Source: an uncultured virus (IMG/VR IMGVR_UViG_3300027734_000054) (taxonomy: Duplodnaviria; Heunggongvirae; Uroviricota; Caudoviricetes). From it: a stretch of DNA of 64,000 bases. How positions within the stretch are numbered: position 1 is the stretch's first letter; every line of letters starts with the position of its first letter. The translations under genes and the position numbers were made by a program. This document shows positions 22,749 to 33,052 of the stretch, piece by piece. The notes under the pieces are model-generated. The model made no database searches. It had not been told where the DNA came from and was given only the letters and a program-made list of their open reading frames with translations. The DNA lies in the IMG/VR virus record IMGVR_UViG_3300027734_000054; one strand, 5' to 3'.

Positions 22749-23186
22749 TTAAATTTCCATTTGTTTTATTTCTATACCTGCTTCTTGAAAAAGTTTAAAG
22801 GAATCTGTTTTTCTATAAACTTCTGAGTATACTATTCTTTTAATTCCTGCCTGAATTATAAGTTTAGCACAATCGAAACATGGGGAGAGAGTCACGTAAA
22901 GTGTTGAACCTTCTGCACTGTTTGTACTTTTAGCTATTTTGGTAATAGCATTGGCTTCAGCGTGTAATACTGTGGGTAATGTGTTGTTGTCACAATCTTC
23001 ACAATTGTTGGAAAATCCGGATGGTGTTCCGTTGTATCCATCAGATATAATTTGTCGATTATTAACAATAAGACATCCGACCTGACTTCTCTTACAATGA
23101 GAATTCTCGGCCCATATCTTAGCCATTTTTAAGTATAAACGATCGACCTTATTCTGCTTGTCCTGTGGTAGGCTCTGATTGCTCAT
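22749..23186 (-). CDS. dCMP deaminase (ComEB-like)
   Basis: GYNGTP, HAEANAI and SPCFDC zinc motifs. Confidence 0.93.
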   Translation of the reverse strand: MSNQSLPQDKQNKVDRLYLKMAKIWAENSHCKRSQVGCLIVNNRQIISDGYNGTPSGFSNNCEDCDNNTLPTVLHAEANAITKIAKSTNSAEGSTLYVTLSPCFDCAKLIIQAGIKRIVYSEVYRKTDSFKLFQEAGIEIKQMEI

Positions 23187-23421
23187 CAGCTTGAGATTTT
23201 AAAGGTGTAACTTCAACTTTATATCTTTCTACGATGTTGAATACATCCCTTAATCTGAATGAGCCCAATAGATTCAATATTTCATTAACTTCTTCCTCGG
23301 TAAATTCTAATTTTTTTTCATCGCTTAAAATTTCTAGACATTTTTGATAATTCCCAAACTCCTTTAGGAATTCTAATGAAGCCTGCCTTAGCTCCTTAGT
23401 GATCTCATAATTTTTACTCAT
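23149..23421 (-). CDS. Hypothetical protein
   Basis: 90-aa ORF, first gene after a TATATTTG box. Confidence 0.65.
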   Translation of the reverse strand: MSKNYEITKELRQASLEFLKEFGNYQKCLEILSDEKKLEFTEEEVNEILNLLGSFRLRDVFNIVERYKVEVTPLKSQADEQSEPTTGQAE

Positions 23422-23483
23422 TTTTATTTATTTAGTTTTGGTTTTTTACAAATATATTACATTGTTCTCAAAAAGTAAACCCC

Positions 23484-25142
23484 CTAGTCGATTTTTTTTG
23501 ACATTGATGTTACTAATAAAGGTCCTTGCATAGTATTATTTAGTTGAGTCAGTAGCGTAACCATAGTTTCCATTGTTTTGTTTAAGTCTTCATTACCCGT
23601 AGAACTAACGGTTTCTTTTGGAGATTCGCCTTTGTTTTGTTCGTTTCCTGATGTGGAATTGAGACTTGCCGTTTCTGCCGATACCTTAGTTACTGTCTCA
23701 GAACTCACTGGCGTTGTAGTAGCGGGCTTAGGTTCTTCTGCTGGTTTATTTTCTGCAGGAGGAGTCACACTACCTAACTTTTGTGTTTCTGTTTCTTTTA
23801 TACCAGTAGATTGCGAAGAAGTTTCATTCTTAGCTGATAAATTTTCTACAGTGCTAGTAGAAGTTCCTCCCGGTGAAGCTTTCGTAGTAAATCCAAGGGA
23901 TTCTAAATTTTTATCTATCGCTGAAGATACATCTGTACTTGTTGGAGCTGTGGAGGATATTTTACTTTCTAAAGATTGTGCTGCTCCAGTTGTTCCTGCT
24001 CCAGTTCCGCCTGCTCCAGTTCCACCTGCTCCAGTTCCCCCAGTTCCCCCTGCTCCTGATTTTACTCCAAAAAGATTTGATATTAAGCTATCAATCTTAG
24101 AAGATGCTTCAGCAGACGCAGGCCCTGTTGTAGTGGCTGGTGTATTGCCTCCAGCTGCTCCCTCAACCTTTTTAGATTCCTCTGTTGGTTTATTTAGGGT
24201 AGTTTCTTGTGTGCTTCCTTGTGTAGCTGTATTAGCTCCTCCAGTAGTTCCTGCAGTTGATGTAGTTTCTGTTTTAGCTGGTTCTACAGGGGTTCCTCCA
24301 GTTTCTCCCTTGGGTCCTTCTTTTTTCTCCCCCATCTTTTGTTCCTCAGCAGCTGTAGTGGAAGGGGTTTCTGCTTTTTTTTCTTCAGTTGGAGCTTTAG
24401 CACCTTCAACAGATCCCTTTTGATCTATTTCTAAAAGTTTAGCTAAACTTTCGTCGTATTTTTTAGACATAGCTAAAACGCTTTCGCTATTGAATCCTTC
24501 AGATTCTAGAATTTTAGCTATAGCGGACAGCATTGCACTATTCTCCGGATTATTTAGATATTGTAATGTTTGTGCTGGAATTGACTCTTTGCTATTAAAA
24601 TCATTTAATAAAAGCCAAAATCCGTCTAATACTGAATCAAACTTAAACTTATCCTCTTTGATCTTACTATCAAAATCGCTTTTTACGTCTTCGTAAGCAT
24701 CAAAATCCTTAAAGCTGTCAAATCCAACATTTTCTAAAATCTCAGTAACTTTACCAGTTTTAAGTATTGCTGCATTAGCAATCTTTTTCTCTGCATATTT
24801 CTTAGACATTTCGAAAATTTCTTTTCCGTCTACTGCTTCACCTTTGTCTATTTGATTCTGTAGAGATTTCGAATATAATCCTGAAGGCGAACGAGCTTCT
24901 CTATAAAATACACTTTTAGGATCATAAGCAGGATCTAATGCTTTTAAATTTTGTTCAAAAGAACCTTTGAAAAATTTCTTTGCTGCATCTCCTACACTAT
25001 TTGCTTCTTTTAAAGTATCAGCAGTTTCTGGGTTTATATTAGCACCCATGCTAGACTGTAGATCCGCATTAAATTTAGCTCTGTCAAAAGCACCGCCTTC
25101 AGTTTTAAAAACTGGAAATCCTGATCCTGTTTCTCCTGCCAA
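23484..25142 (-). CDS. Low-complexity tail-associated protein (position typical of tape measure/hub), TTG start
   Basis: 552 aa, helical N-half and S/T/G/E-rich C-half, downstream of tube and hub genes. Function inferred from position only. Confidence 0.6.
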   Translation of the reverse strand: MAGETGSGFPVFKTEGGAFDRAKFNADLQSSMGANINPETADTLKEANSVGDAAKKFFKGSFEQNLKALDPAYDPKSVFYREARSPSGLYSKSLQNQIDKGEAVDGKEIFEMSKKYAEKKIANAAILKTGKVTEILENVGFDSFKDFDAYEDVKSDFDSKIKEDKFKFDSVLDGFWLLLNDFNSKESIPAQTLQYLNNPENSAMLSAIAKILESEGFNSESVLAMSKKYDESLAKLLEIDQKGSVEGAKAPTEEKKAETPSTTAAEEQKMGEKKEGPKGETGGTPVEPAKTETTSTAGTTGGANTATQGSTQETTLNKPTEESKKVEGAAGGNTPATTTGPASAEASSKIDSLISNLFGVKSGAGGTGGTGAGGTGAGGTGAGTTGAAQSLESKISSTAPTSTDVSSAIDKNLESLGFTTKASPGGTSTSTVENLSAKNETSSQSTGIKETETQKLGSVTPPAENKPAEEPKPATTTPVSSETVTKVSAETASLNSTSGNEQNKGESPKETVSSTGNEDLNKTMETMVTLLTQLNNTMQGPLLVTSMSKKID

Positions 25143-25181
25143 AATGTTTTTTTTATTTATATACCTAAAAAGCCAAAAAGT

Positions 25182-25400
25182 TTAACTTTTTGGCTTTGAA
25201 AATGAAAATGCTTCAACTAAATCTCCTTGTTCAGATTTTTTGTTATCTCTTTCTATCTTTTCGTTTAGCTTATCTATATAGATTTGATATTCGTAGAAAG
25301 GTAAAGCTTCTAAAGAATCTATTGATAGCTTAAACTCTTCCCATAATCTAAATTTGATATCAAAGTAATTGGCTAAGGATATCTGAAATAACGAAAAGGG
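25182..25400 (-). CDS. Small baseplate/tail assembly chaperone-like domain, possibly reached by frameshift
   Basis: NYFDIKFRL..F.LS...LE.LPFYEYQIY...L pattern. No ATG outside the overlap with the upstream gene. Confidence 0.6.
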   Translation of the reverse strand, partial: PFSLFQISLANYFDIKFRLWEEFKLSIDSLEALPFYEYQIYIDKLNEKIERDNKKSEQGDLVEAFSFSKPKS

Positions 25401-26424
25401 ATCTGTATCCTCTGGGAAATGATATTTCTGCTGTGACCTCCCCATCACAGCTAGAACATTTACTATAGATTCTTGATTTAGTTGCAAAATTTATTTTTTC
25501 GCTAATCTGATCCGCAATTGAAAATTGTAAAGGAGACCATTCATTAGATGCTCTTTCATATTGATCGTAAAGAATTTCATCTAGATTTCTCCAATCCGGA
25601 ATAATAAAACTTGCAACCTTTGAGAAGCTCTCATCGAATTTTTTTCCTTTCTTTCTTTTTTCCGAAAGTATTTTTCTACATAAAGTAGTAACACCTACAG
25701 TAGGAATATAAAGATCCATTTCTGGGCTTCCGTCTTTTGGAATAAATCTAAAAGAATAGGTATCTTTATTATATCTTTTTAGCAGCTCTGGATCTATTAC
25801 AAAGCTATCTAGAAGATTAGATTTTAATTCTATCTGATCTGCTATATTACAATCAGGTTTTGTACAATTTTTAGTTAATGGAAGAAGTATTCTATTTTCA
25901 CCTTTAATAAATGTTAGATCTCTTATAGACATTATAATGAAAAATCTATCTTCATACCATAGATCATAATTTTCAAGGAATCCACCGTCCCATCTTATCT
26001 TCATACATTTAGATAGTATAGTATTTAGCTTGTCGTCTAAATCTATTCTATCGTCATCATCTACTGTGGAAAAATGTCTAATCTCTTTAACAGATGCAGG
26101 TTTAATAGCAATTTCGAATCCTTCTGGATACCCAAATCCTTTAGAAGGTAAAGATTCTGGTGGAAGATTCTTCCATTCACTTTCCATGCCCATTGGAACT
26201 CTAGTAGATTTTCCTAGATTAAGATTGTTATTTTGATCTGCTTTTTCTATTAATTGCTCCGCTGAAGGCTTTTGATAATCTTGTGGGATCCAAGATGGGA
26301 TATTTACATTATCTACATCCGGATCTGGTGTAGATTCTTGTTGTAATTGATCGTACTCAAATTTTGAACCTTCTTCCCTTTTGCTAAGTTCATTTAATAA
26401 TTCGTCGTCTATATTGTCAGCCAT
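25360..26424 (-). CDS. Baseplate hub assembly protein (T4 gp26-like)
   Basis: LPSKG..YP, DRFFIIMSIR and two CxxC-like pairs. Follows the tail tube genes. Confidence 0.7.
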   Translation of the reverse strand: MADNIDDELLNELSKREEGSKFEYDQLQQESTPDPDVDNVNIPSWIPQDYQKPSAEQLIEKADQNNNLNLGKSTRVPMGMESEWKNLPPESLPSKGFGYPEGFEIAIKPASVKEIRHFSTVDDDDRIDLDDKLNTILSKCMKIRWDGGFLENYDLWYEDRFFIIMSIRDLTFIKGENRILLPLTKNCTKPDCNIADQIELKSNLLDSFVIDPELLKRYNKDTYSFRFIPKDGSPEMDLYIPTVGVTTLCRKILSEKRKKGKKFDESFSKVASFIIPDWRNLDEILYDQYERASNEWSPLQFSIADQISEKINFATKSRIYSKCSSCDGEVTAEISFPRGYRSLFVISDILSQLL

Positions 26425-26484
26425 TTCATTTGCTTATATTTCTTTTACTACTTTTTATCGTTAAGTTTCCTAATCGATTAAAAT

Positions 26485-26512
26485 AAAAAATGGAGACTCA
26501 GGGTCTCCATTT
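26485..26512 (-). terminator. Intrinsic terminator after tail tube genes
   Basis: AAATGGAGAC-CCTGA-GTCTCCATTTTT. Confidence 0.75.
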
Positions 26513-26551
26513 ATATATTTATTTTAAGAAAATGCTAAGAAATGCTAAGAA

Positions 26552-27130
26552 TTAATTGAATACATCTTCAAAATAGTCTGCTCTAAATGATAGTGATATT
26601 TTGTAAGGTGTTGTTCCGTTTGTGTAATCTAAGTCCATTGCTTTAATTTGATCTACTGGGAAGCAATTAACTAATTTAACTCTTCTAAATACATCTCCTT
26701 GTTTATTGAAGATAGAGACAAGTATGTAAGTTCCTCCAGCATAGGTAGATTTTATACCAGTAGCACCAGTTAAAGGATTATAAACTAAGTCAGACCATTG
26801 TCTAAGTGTTTTGAACACATAGTTACTGTTGTTATCGTCTAAGTTAGTTTCAAAATCAATTCTAACTTTTACACCAGTATCATCAACAGCTGCTGCTGCA
26901 TATCTTCTTTTAGAGAACTTGTATCTTTGTTCTGCTATTCCTGGGTTTTTATCAACTGCAAGACCAGCTACTGATAGAACGTTTTCTACTAGTAGTGTTC
27001 TTCCGCCGTTTCCTTGCGGATTTCCTACACCAACTGGAGGTTGAATAATAACCTCGAACTGGTTAAGATAAACTGGTTCGTATAATTGAACCGCTGCCTT
27101 TGAGGAGCTAAAATGTGGTAATCCTGCCAT
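26552..27130 (-). CDS. Tail tube protein (gp19-like), paralog 2
   Basis: EPVYLNQFEV, RQWSDL.YNPLTG, CFP, DYF. Downstream of the sheath. Confidence 0.85.
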   Translation of the reverse strand: MAGLPHFSSSKAAVQLYEPVYLNQFEVIIQPPVGVGNPQGNGGRTLLVENVLSVAGLAVDKNPGIAEQRYKFSKRRYAAAAVDDTGVKVRIDFETNLDDNNSNYVFKTLRQWSDLVYNPLTGATGIKSTYAGGTYILVSIFNKQGDVFRRVKLVNCFPVDQIKAMDLDYTNGTTPYKISLSFRADYFEDVFN

Positions 27131-27140
27131 TTCTTTTTAA

Positions 27141-27713
27141 TTATATAAATACGTCATCAAAGTAATCAACTGCCCAAGTAACATTTAATTTGTAAATAGA
27201 CGTTTGAGTGTAATTTAAAGCCATCTCAGGAATAGGTGTACTAGGAAAGCAATCTCTAAGGTTAATCTTTCTATAAACATCTCCTTGTTTATTGAAGACG
27301 TTGATTAGGATATTACCCGCATAGTTTGCTTTTAATCCCATTGCACCTGTTAGAGGATTGTAAATTAAATCTGACCACTGACGAAGTACTTTAAAAACAT
27401 ACATTGAATTGTCATCATTTAAGTTGACTTCAAACTCTATATCACAATCTAAACCAGTTCTTTGAGGAGCTGCTCCCGCGTAATATCTTTTAGCAAATTT
27501 ATATTGCTGTGTTATTTCTCCAGGGTTTTGATCTACCTGTAATCCAGAAACTCTAGTTACTTGTTCTAAAAGTATATTATTACTTCCAGGATTTCCTTGC
27601 GGAATAGCCACACCTGTAGGTGGACTTATAGTAACCTCAAACTGGTTGAGGAAAACTGGTTCGAACTTGTTAATAGAAGCCTTCGAACTTGAATAGTGTG
27701 GTAATCCTGCCAT
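27141..27713 (-). CDS. Tail tube protein (gp19-like), paralog 1
   Basis: Same motifs as paralog 2, directly after the sheath gene. Confidence 0.85.
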   Translation of the reverse strand: MAGLPHYSSSKASINKFEPVFLNQFEVTISPPTGVAIPQGNPGSNNILLEQVTRVSGLQVDQNPGEITQQYKFAKRYYAGAAPQRTGLDCDIEFEVNLNDDNSMYVFKVLRQWSDLIYNPLTGAMGLKANYAGNILINVFNKQGDVYRKINLRDCFPSTPIPEMALNYTQTSIYKLNVTWAVDYFDDVFI

Positions 27714-27758
27714 GTTTTTATTTTATATATTTAACATTCTTTTTGATCATCAAATTTA

Positions 27759-30700
27759 TTAACTAAATTGGATAAATCCTCCAGAAGCAATACCACCTGT
27801 TCTAGTAACGGTCATTCTATTAATAAACTTATGAATTCCTCTTGCAGGCTCGATAATAACGTCGATGATACCGATATTTTGATCGATGATTGCAGGAGTA
27901 TTGTTCGAAGAGTCCATAATAGTTAAGTAGTTATAAATACCTCCTACTGATCTTACTCCAGTTAAGTAGTTGTCTACTAAAGTTTTAATCTCAAGTCTTA
28001 CTGAATCTTCGTTGAAATCGAAAACGTAGTTTGCTAAGATCTCTTCAATTGCAGATTCTACTGTGATTAATAAATCTCTAACGTGTAAGTTATTAAATGC
28101 TGAGTTAGTTCTTTGGTAGCTTGTTTGGTTACCGTAGATAACTACACCAACTCCTCTTTTACGGATGATTGGGTTGATACCAAATGGCTCTAAGTATTCT
28201 CTATCTTGAAGATCGAAGTCATACTCAAGTCCAACTAAGTTACCAGCTGAAATAATACCTCTTTTAACACCTGCTACGATTGAATAAGGTTCACCTGTGA
28301 TAAACTTACGGATGAAGTTATTAGATACGTATGGTGCTGGTGGAACGTTTAAGTTTTTACCGTTATCTCTAATCGTTAAGAACGGAGAGAAGAATCCAGA
28401 GAATTTAGCTCCTTGATCTTCGTCAGGAAGAGAGAATGTGAATGAAGGATTTAAACTTAAATTACCTCCGTCTGCGATATATCTAGCTTGTAAAATTGGT
28501 GCTGGATCTGTTGCAGTAGGTGCAGAAGTAAATCTAGGATCTTGTGATTCTGAGAATTTCTGCATTGAGGGTACGTTACAGATTGCCATACATTTTTGTC
28601 TGTTCTTAGCAAGTCTTGTAAGTTGGTATTTACAGTTTGGTTGAATACCTCCGTCAAATGTATCTACCACATATCTGAATGTAATAACGTCAGTGTCTGC
28701 AAGAGTTCTAGCTAAGTTAGTATTGTAAAGTACATCTAAAATAGCATTCATTCTTACATCTGTTCCATTTGGAACTGAAGCTGCTTTAATAGCTGCTCCT
28801 GGTAGATACGTAAAGTTGAATGATGTAACAAACTCTTGTACAGATTTGAACTTCCATACTCTTGTGGTTGTACCAGGATAAAGCTGAATAGGTCTTTCTG
28901 TCTTAACTTGGATTGTATAAACTCCAGGTGAAGAAGCAGAAGCTACAGTTTTAACTTCAAGTACTCTTGTTAGTCTAGACTGTAAATTTTCAGTTAACGG
29001 ATTATCATAAGTCTGAGTGTCAGTAGAAACTAATAGATCTCCTACTTTAATACCCGATGAATTAGCCTCAGCAACTGTCATTTCAATAATGTTAGGTGCT
29101 AACTGAGTAATAATATCAACATAATCGCTAAGATTACCGTTAGTTGAAACGACATTAAAGCTTAAACCTGTTGTTAAGTTTGTACCTATAGGAAGCGAAC
29201 TAACATAAGTTGTGTTCCAAGTTGCAATAACTTCTGGTGTTGTAAATGTATCATCAGCATACGCTCTGCATACTAGGATATTAAATCCGTCTCTATCAAC
29301 GTTATTTTCAAACTTAAGATATTGAAGAAGTGATCCTGTATCATCTTTCCAATCAATATCACCATCGCTGATATTACCTTTTACCCAGTCTCTGTACATT
29401 GCGGAGTTTTCGTAAGCTAAATAGCTATCAGTTCCTATTGGAATATCAGGTGAGAAGAAAACGTCATCATTATCAAAGTAGTCAGGACTACCAATTTGGT
29501 AAGCATCTAATGTACTTTTGTTTGTTTCGTACCAAGGCTCAACGTATGTTATAGATGCAGTAGAACCAACAAGAGGATGTGATAATCTTAATCTTATTTG
29601 TGTTCTTTGTCCTACAGGTAATGTTGAATTAGTTATTGTTTTAGCTTCTACTACTTTTAATTTAACAAGATCTCCAGCATAGAATCCTAAATATCCAGGA
29701 GTTGGTAGGTTAGATGTAACTTTACCAAGTACCCATCTAGCTCCAGGAGCATCATTATCAGTAGTAACAAATGAGCTTAATGTAGTAATCTGAGCGTCAT
29801 GATTTACAGAGTTAGTAAATAATGTATCGATATAAATAGCTCCGCCATCTCTATTAGAAGCATTGTAAGTGTCCCATAGAGTTGTAGGTATACCAGCATC
29901 TCCAGTAGCATTAAATAATGTATCTTCTGCTAAAGTTCCTGTTTCTGGTAAGATATCAAATCCAGTAGAAGGAGAAACTCCAGTATCTGTAATCTCTGTA
30001 CCTCCAGTAGATCCTGCAATGTTCTTATAATATGTGAAATCTGCAAATAGATTTTGGCTATACGATAAGAAATTAAGATTCTTAGGATTTGTTGTGATAT
30101 CTGCATCCGGTCCAATCTCGTCAACTAAGTGGTGACCAACTAAGTCAATTACTGAAGAGTTGTTTTCTAAATCATCTAAAGCTTCTTCGTTAACTGCACA
30201 GAAGATACCAGTTGTTTGAGCTTGGTTATTAATCAATGTCTGAATGTATCTAAGAGTACCGTTTTGATCTACGAAGTTAGGAATAAGTGTACCAGTTACT
30301 GTTGTAACGATATTAATTCCGTCTTGTGCTAAGAAGTTATCAATTTGTGCCTTAATGAATCCTTTTGAAGTGAAATATGCACTGTAAACTGGGTCATTTG
30401 CTAAAGCTTGGTAATCTGTCCAGTTACCGCTAATTGCAATTACATCAATAAACCAATCAGAAAGATAATCGTACTGATTCATGAAAGAAGGCACGTTATC
30501 TGCTCCAAAATATTCTCTAGCAGTAATATCGAATCCTTTTAAAGGGAAAGGTGAGTCAAGAGATTTTCTAACAATAACACTTACAGGATTTTGTCCTATA
30601 TTAACTAAGCTAAATAGCTTTCTAGAATCTGGTTTTGATCCTGATGTATCTTCAGTTGCTAAGAAATAATTAGTATCAGGGAACCAGAATTTCTCCTTGT

Positions 30701-31160
30701 TGTAATAAGAAGATACTAATTTGTCTTGTTTTGTTAATGGATCTGAATATCCTCCTGTTGCATTATTACCATTTTGCTCTTCCGTATCAACAGATAATGC
30801 ACGATATCTAGCAACATCAGCACCAGCAGCAAAATCAGGATCTCCGTTTACATCTACTGTATTATTAAGTATTCTAAGATTTAATGCAAATACAGGTCCA
30901 CTTCCTAAACATGTTAGTACAGATCTATGGAAAAAAGATCCTTTTTTCTCTAGGGCTTTATCAATTCCTCCAAAAACTGCTTGAAAAGTTGTGATGTCCG
31001 GGCAGTATACTGGAGTATTAAAAGGTCCAATATTAGAATAACCAACAACCAAACGAATTGTTTGTGGATTGATTATAATATTTTCCGAAGCATCAAACTC
31101 CAAAGTGTAAACACCAGATGCTTTGAATTGTGATAAGTCAAGTTTAACTTGTTTGGCCAT
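27759..31160 (-). CDS. Tail sheath protein (gp18-like)
   Basis: SGVYTLEFD N-terminus. C-terminal AGVKRG, INPI, GNQT, LHVRDLLI, NNTPAIID. Confidence 0.93.
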   Translation of the reverse strand: MAKQVKLDLSQFKASGVYTLEFDASENIIINPQTIRLVVGYSNIGPFNTPVYCPDITTFQAVFGGIDKALEKKGSFFHRSVLTCLGSGPVFALNLRILNNTVDVNGDPDFAAGADVARYRALSVDTEEQNGNNATGGYSDPLTKQDKLVSSYYNKEKFWFPDTNYFLATEDTSGSKPDSRKLFSLVNIGQNPVSVIVRKSLDSPFPLKGFDITAREYFGADNVPSFMNQYDYLSDWFIDVIAISGNWTDYQALANDPVYSAYFTSKGFIKAQIDNFLAQDGINIVTTVTGTLIPNFVDQNGTLRYIQTLINNQAQTTGIFCAVNEEALDDLENNSSVIDLVGHHLVDEIGPDADITTNPKNLNFLSYSQNLFADFTYYKNIAGSTGGTEITDTGVSPSTGFDILPETGTLAEDTLFNATGDAGIPTTLWDTYNASNRDGGAIYIDTLFTNSVNHDAQITTLSSFVTTDNDAPGARWVLGKVTSNLPTPGYLGFYAGDLVKLKVVEAKTITNSTLPVGQRTQIRLRLSHPLVGSTASITYVEPWYETNKSTLDAYQIGSPDYFDNDDVFFSPDIPIGTDSYLAYENSAMYRDWVKGNISDGDIDWKDDTGSLLQYLKFENNVDRDGFNILVCRAYADDTFTTPEVIATWNTTYVSSLPIGTNLTTGLSFNVVSTNGNLSDYVDIITQLAPNIIEMTVAEANSSGIKVGDLLVSTDTQTYDNPLTENLQSRLTRVLEVKTVASASSPGVYTIQVKTERPIQLYPGTTTRVWKFKSVQEFVTSFNFTYLPGAAIKAASVPNGTDVRMNAILDVLYNTNLARTLADTDVITFRYVVDTFDGGIQPNCKYQLTRLAKNRQKCMAICNVPSMQKFSESQDPRFTSAPTATDPAPILQARYIADGGNLSLNPSFTFSLPDEDQGAKFSGFFSPFLTIRDNGKNLNVPPAPYVSNNFIRKFITGEPYSIVAGVKRGIISAGNLVGLEYDFDLQDREYLEPFGINPIIRKRGVGVVIYGNQTSYQRTNSAFNNLHVRDLLITVESAIEEILANYVFDFNEDSVRLEIKTLVDNYLTGVRSVGGIYNYLTIMDSSNNTPAIIDQNIGIIDVIIEPARGIHKFINRMTVTRTGGIASGGFIQFS

Positions 31161-31239
31161 CTCTAATTTTTATTTTTTTTATATATCGAAGAAGTTCGCT
31201 TCTTTAGACTTCTTTTTCTATGTATATATCATTCTTTCT

Positions 31240-33042
31240 TTAGGAATCAAGGAGGCCATTCAAGAAAGTATAGTTTGACATCTCATTATTTCTATTTTGT
31301 ATCTCTTCTACTGAATCGTTTAGTCTTTCCTCTATAAGATTTCTAAATTTTTCAGGAATAACATCATATAGTTCTGATACTGTTTCTTGAAAATCCCCAT
31401 TGTCGAATACACAGTTGAGATTAACTAGTGTCATTGCTATATCATCCTTACCTATTTGGCTAGAGAAACTTCCATTAGAGTTTATACCAAAATTCGTTAA
31501 TTCATGGATCGTATTTTTTTCTGAAGGGATTATTTTATATGATCTTGTGTTTATTTTAAGATCGTAGCAGAATTTTTCTTTATTTCTTACCGTAAGCTTT
31601 ACCCCTGGTCTTAATTTAGATGTAGCCTCTGAATGTTTAGTGTAAACAAACATCTCATCATAAAAATCTTCACCATCAAGTAATTTACTCATTAGTAATT
31701 CACCTTTATAATCCATCTCCAATACGATCCTTGTATTTTCTTCCCCTAATATATGAAGTACTAAGATTTCAACAAATGCTTTAAGCTCGTCTATTTGAAC
31801 AGTATTAGATCTATAAATGCCTACCTGAAGTAAACAGAAGAAGTCACTTTCATCCTCGAAGAATTTTTTATTCTTTATGCTGGTGGTTGGCATAGGAGTA
31901 ACTTTAAAAATATTAACTACAGAAAAGTCACCCCCACCTCCACCTGCTGTATCTATAGAGATATAAAATTTTTGAGCATCCTTTTCAAATATTGAAGCGG
32001 GATCGAATTTAGGATGCCACACTAGACTTGTATAATCTATAGGACTCATCTCAAAAGAAGATAGCTCGTGAAAAACAAAACTCTCTTCGTTTGTTTTTAA
32101 TCTTTTAAGCGTCGGCGAATCTAATAGTAACCTAGATGAAGAAAGAAATTGACACCCGTATTCTTGATTGAAGTCTTCTTCTGATCCTAATGCTGCTATC
32201 TCCTTTTTCTTCCATTCCTCATCTCTATTGGGAATCTGCCACCATTCAACTCTAATTGGGTTAAATTCATTCTCCCCATCAATTGCGCCTTTATACAATT
32301 CCCAGAATTTATTCATCCCATTTGGGGTCGATGTAATAATAACCCTTGCAATCTGTGATGAGGATATTGTGGGATAAACCGATTTGAAGAATTGATTAAT
32401 GAAGTTAGGATTAATGTGAGCGAACTCATCCATGTATAACATATGGATTGTATAACCGATAGACGATGTTTTAGTCGTCGTCTTAGCCATTATTCTACAT
32501 CCGTTATCAAACTTCATGGTCATCACATTATAAACGATTAGACCAGGCTTTAAGAAGAAAGGTAGTCCTTTCATAATAACTTTGATCTTATCCATTAACT
32601 CTGCAGCTGTATCCCCGATATTTGCCATAATCATGGCATTTTTCTCGTAGTTAAATAGTAGGAACCAAAGAAGAAATATAGATGATGTAATAGTTTTACC
32701 AGATTGTCTAGGAGAAACGAAAACGTTTTTCCTGTGGAACTGGTATTGATTTAGAATTTGTATTTGATAATCTCTAAGCTGTATTTGTCTAATGCCCTCA
32801 TCAGTCATAACGTGACAATACTTGTTAGCAAAATAAACAACATCAGCGGCGCATCTTTGCATTTCCTCTAATTCCCATTCGGTATATTCAAAAAGAATAT
32901 TACCCTTTCTAAGCTCAGGATCATTCTCGTGAAACGGATTGTCCACATCTTTATAGTCTACCCCGTGCTCTTCTGCATTATAGATAAGAGTACCAACTTT
33001 TTCCGTCGACCAATAATTATTACCTGATTTATCTTCAGCCAT
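31240..33042 (-). CDS. terL: Terminase large subunit (gp17-like)
   Basis: LRDYQ, PRQSGKT, DEFAH, STPNG, FNQEY, D.AGG.GGD.S and DDIAM motifs. Confidence 0.96.
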   Translation of the reverse strand: MAEDKSGNNYWSTEKVGTLIYNAEEHGVDYKDVDNPFHENDPELRKGNILFEYTEWELEEMQRCAADVVYFANKYCHVMTDEGIRQIQLRDYQIQILNQYQFHRKNVFVSPRQSGKTITSSIFLLWFLLFNYEKNAMIMANIGDTAAELMDKIKVIMKGLPFFLKPGLIVYNVMTMKFDNGCRIMAKTTTKTSSIGYTIHMLYMDEFAHINPNFINQFFKSVYPTISSSQIARVIITSTPNGMNKFWELYKGAIDGENEFNPIRVEWWQIPNRDEEWKKKEIAALGSEEDFNQEYGCQFLSSSRLLLDSPTLKRLKTNEESFVFHELSSFEMSPIDYTSLVWHPKFDPASIFEKDAQKFYISIDTAGGGGGDFSVVNIFKVTPMPTTSIKNKKFFEDESDFFCLLQVGIYRSNTVQIDELKAFVEILVLHILGEENTRIVLEMDYKGELLMSKLLDGEDFYDEMFVYTKHSEATSKLRPGVKLTVRNKEKFCYDLKINTRSYKIIPSEKNTIHELTNFGINSNGSFSSQIGKDDIAMTLVNLNCVFDNGDFQETVSELYDVIPEKFRNLIEERLNDSVEEIQNRNNEMSNYTFLNGLLDS

Positions 33043-33052
33043 ATTTTTATAT

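Noticed and set aside
23578..24423. 281-aa plus-strand ORF (and similar antisense ORFs inside sheath, ligase and uvsX genes)
   Set aside because: They are antisense to coherent minus-strand genes and have no recognisable motifs.
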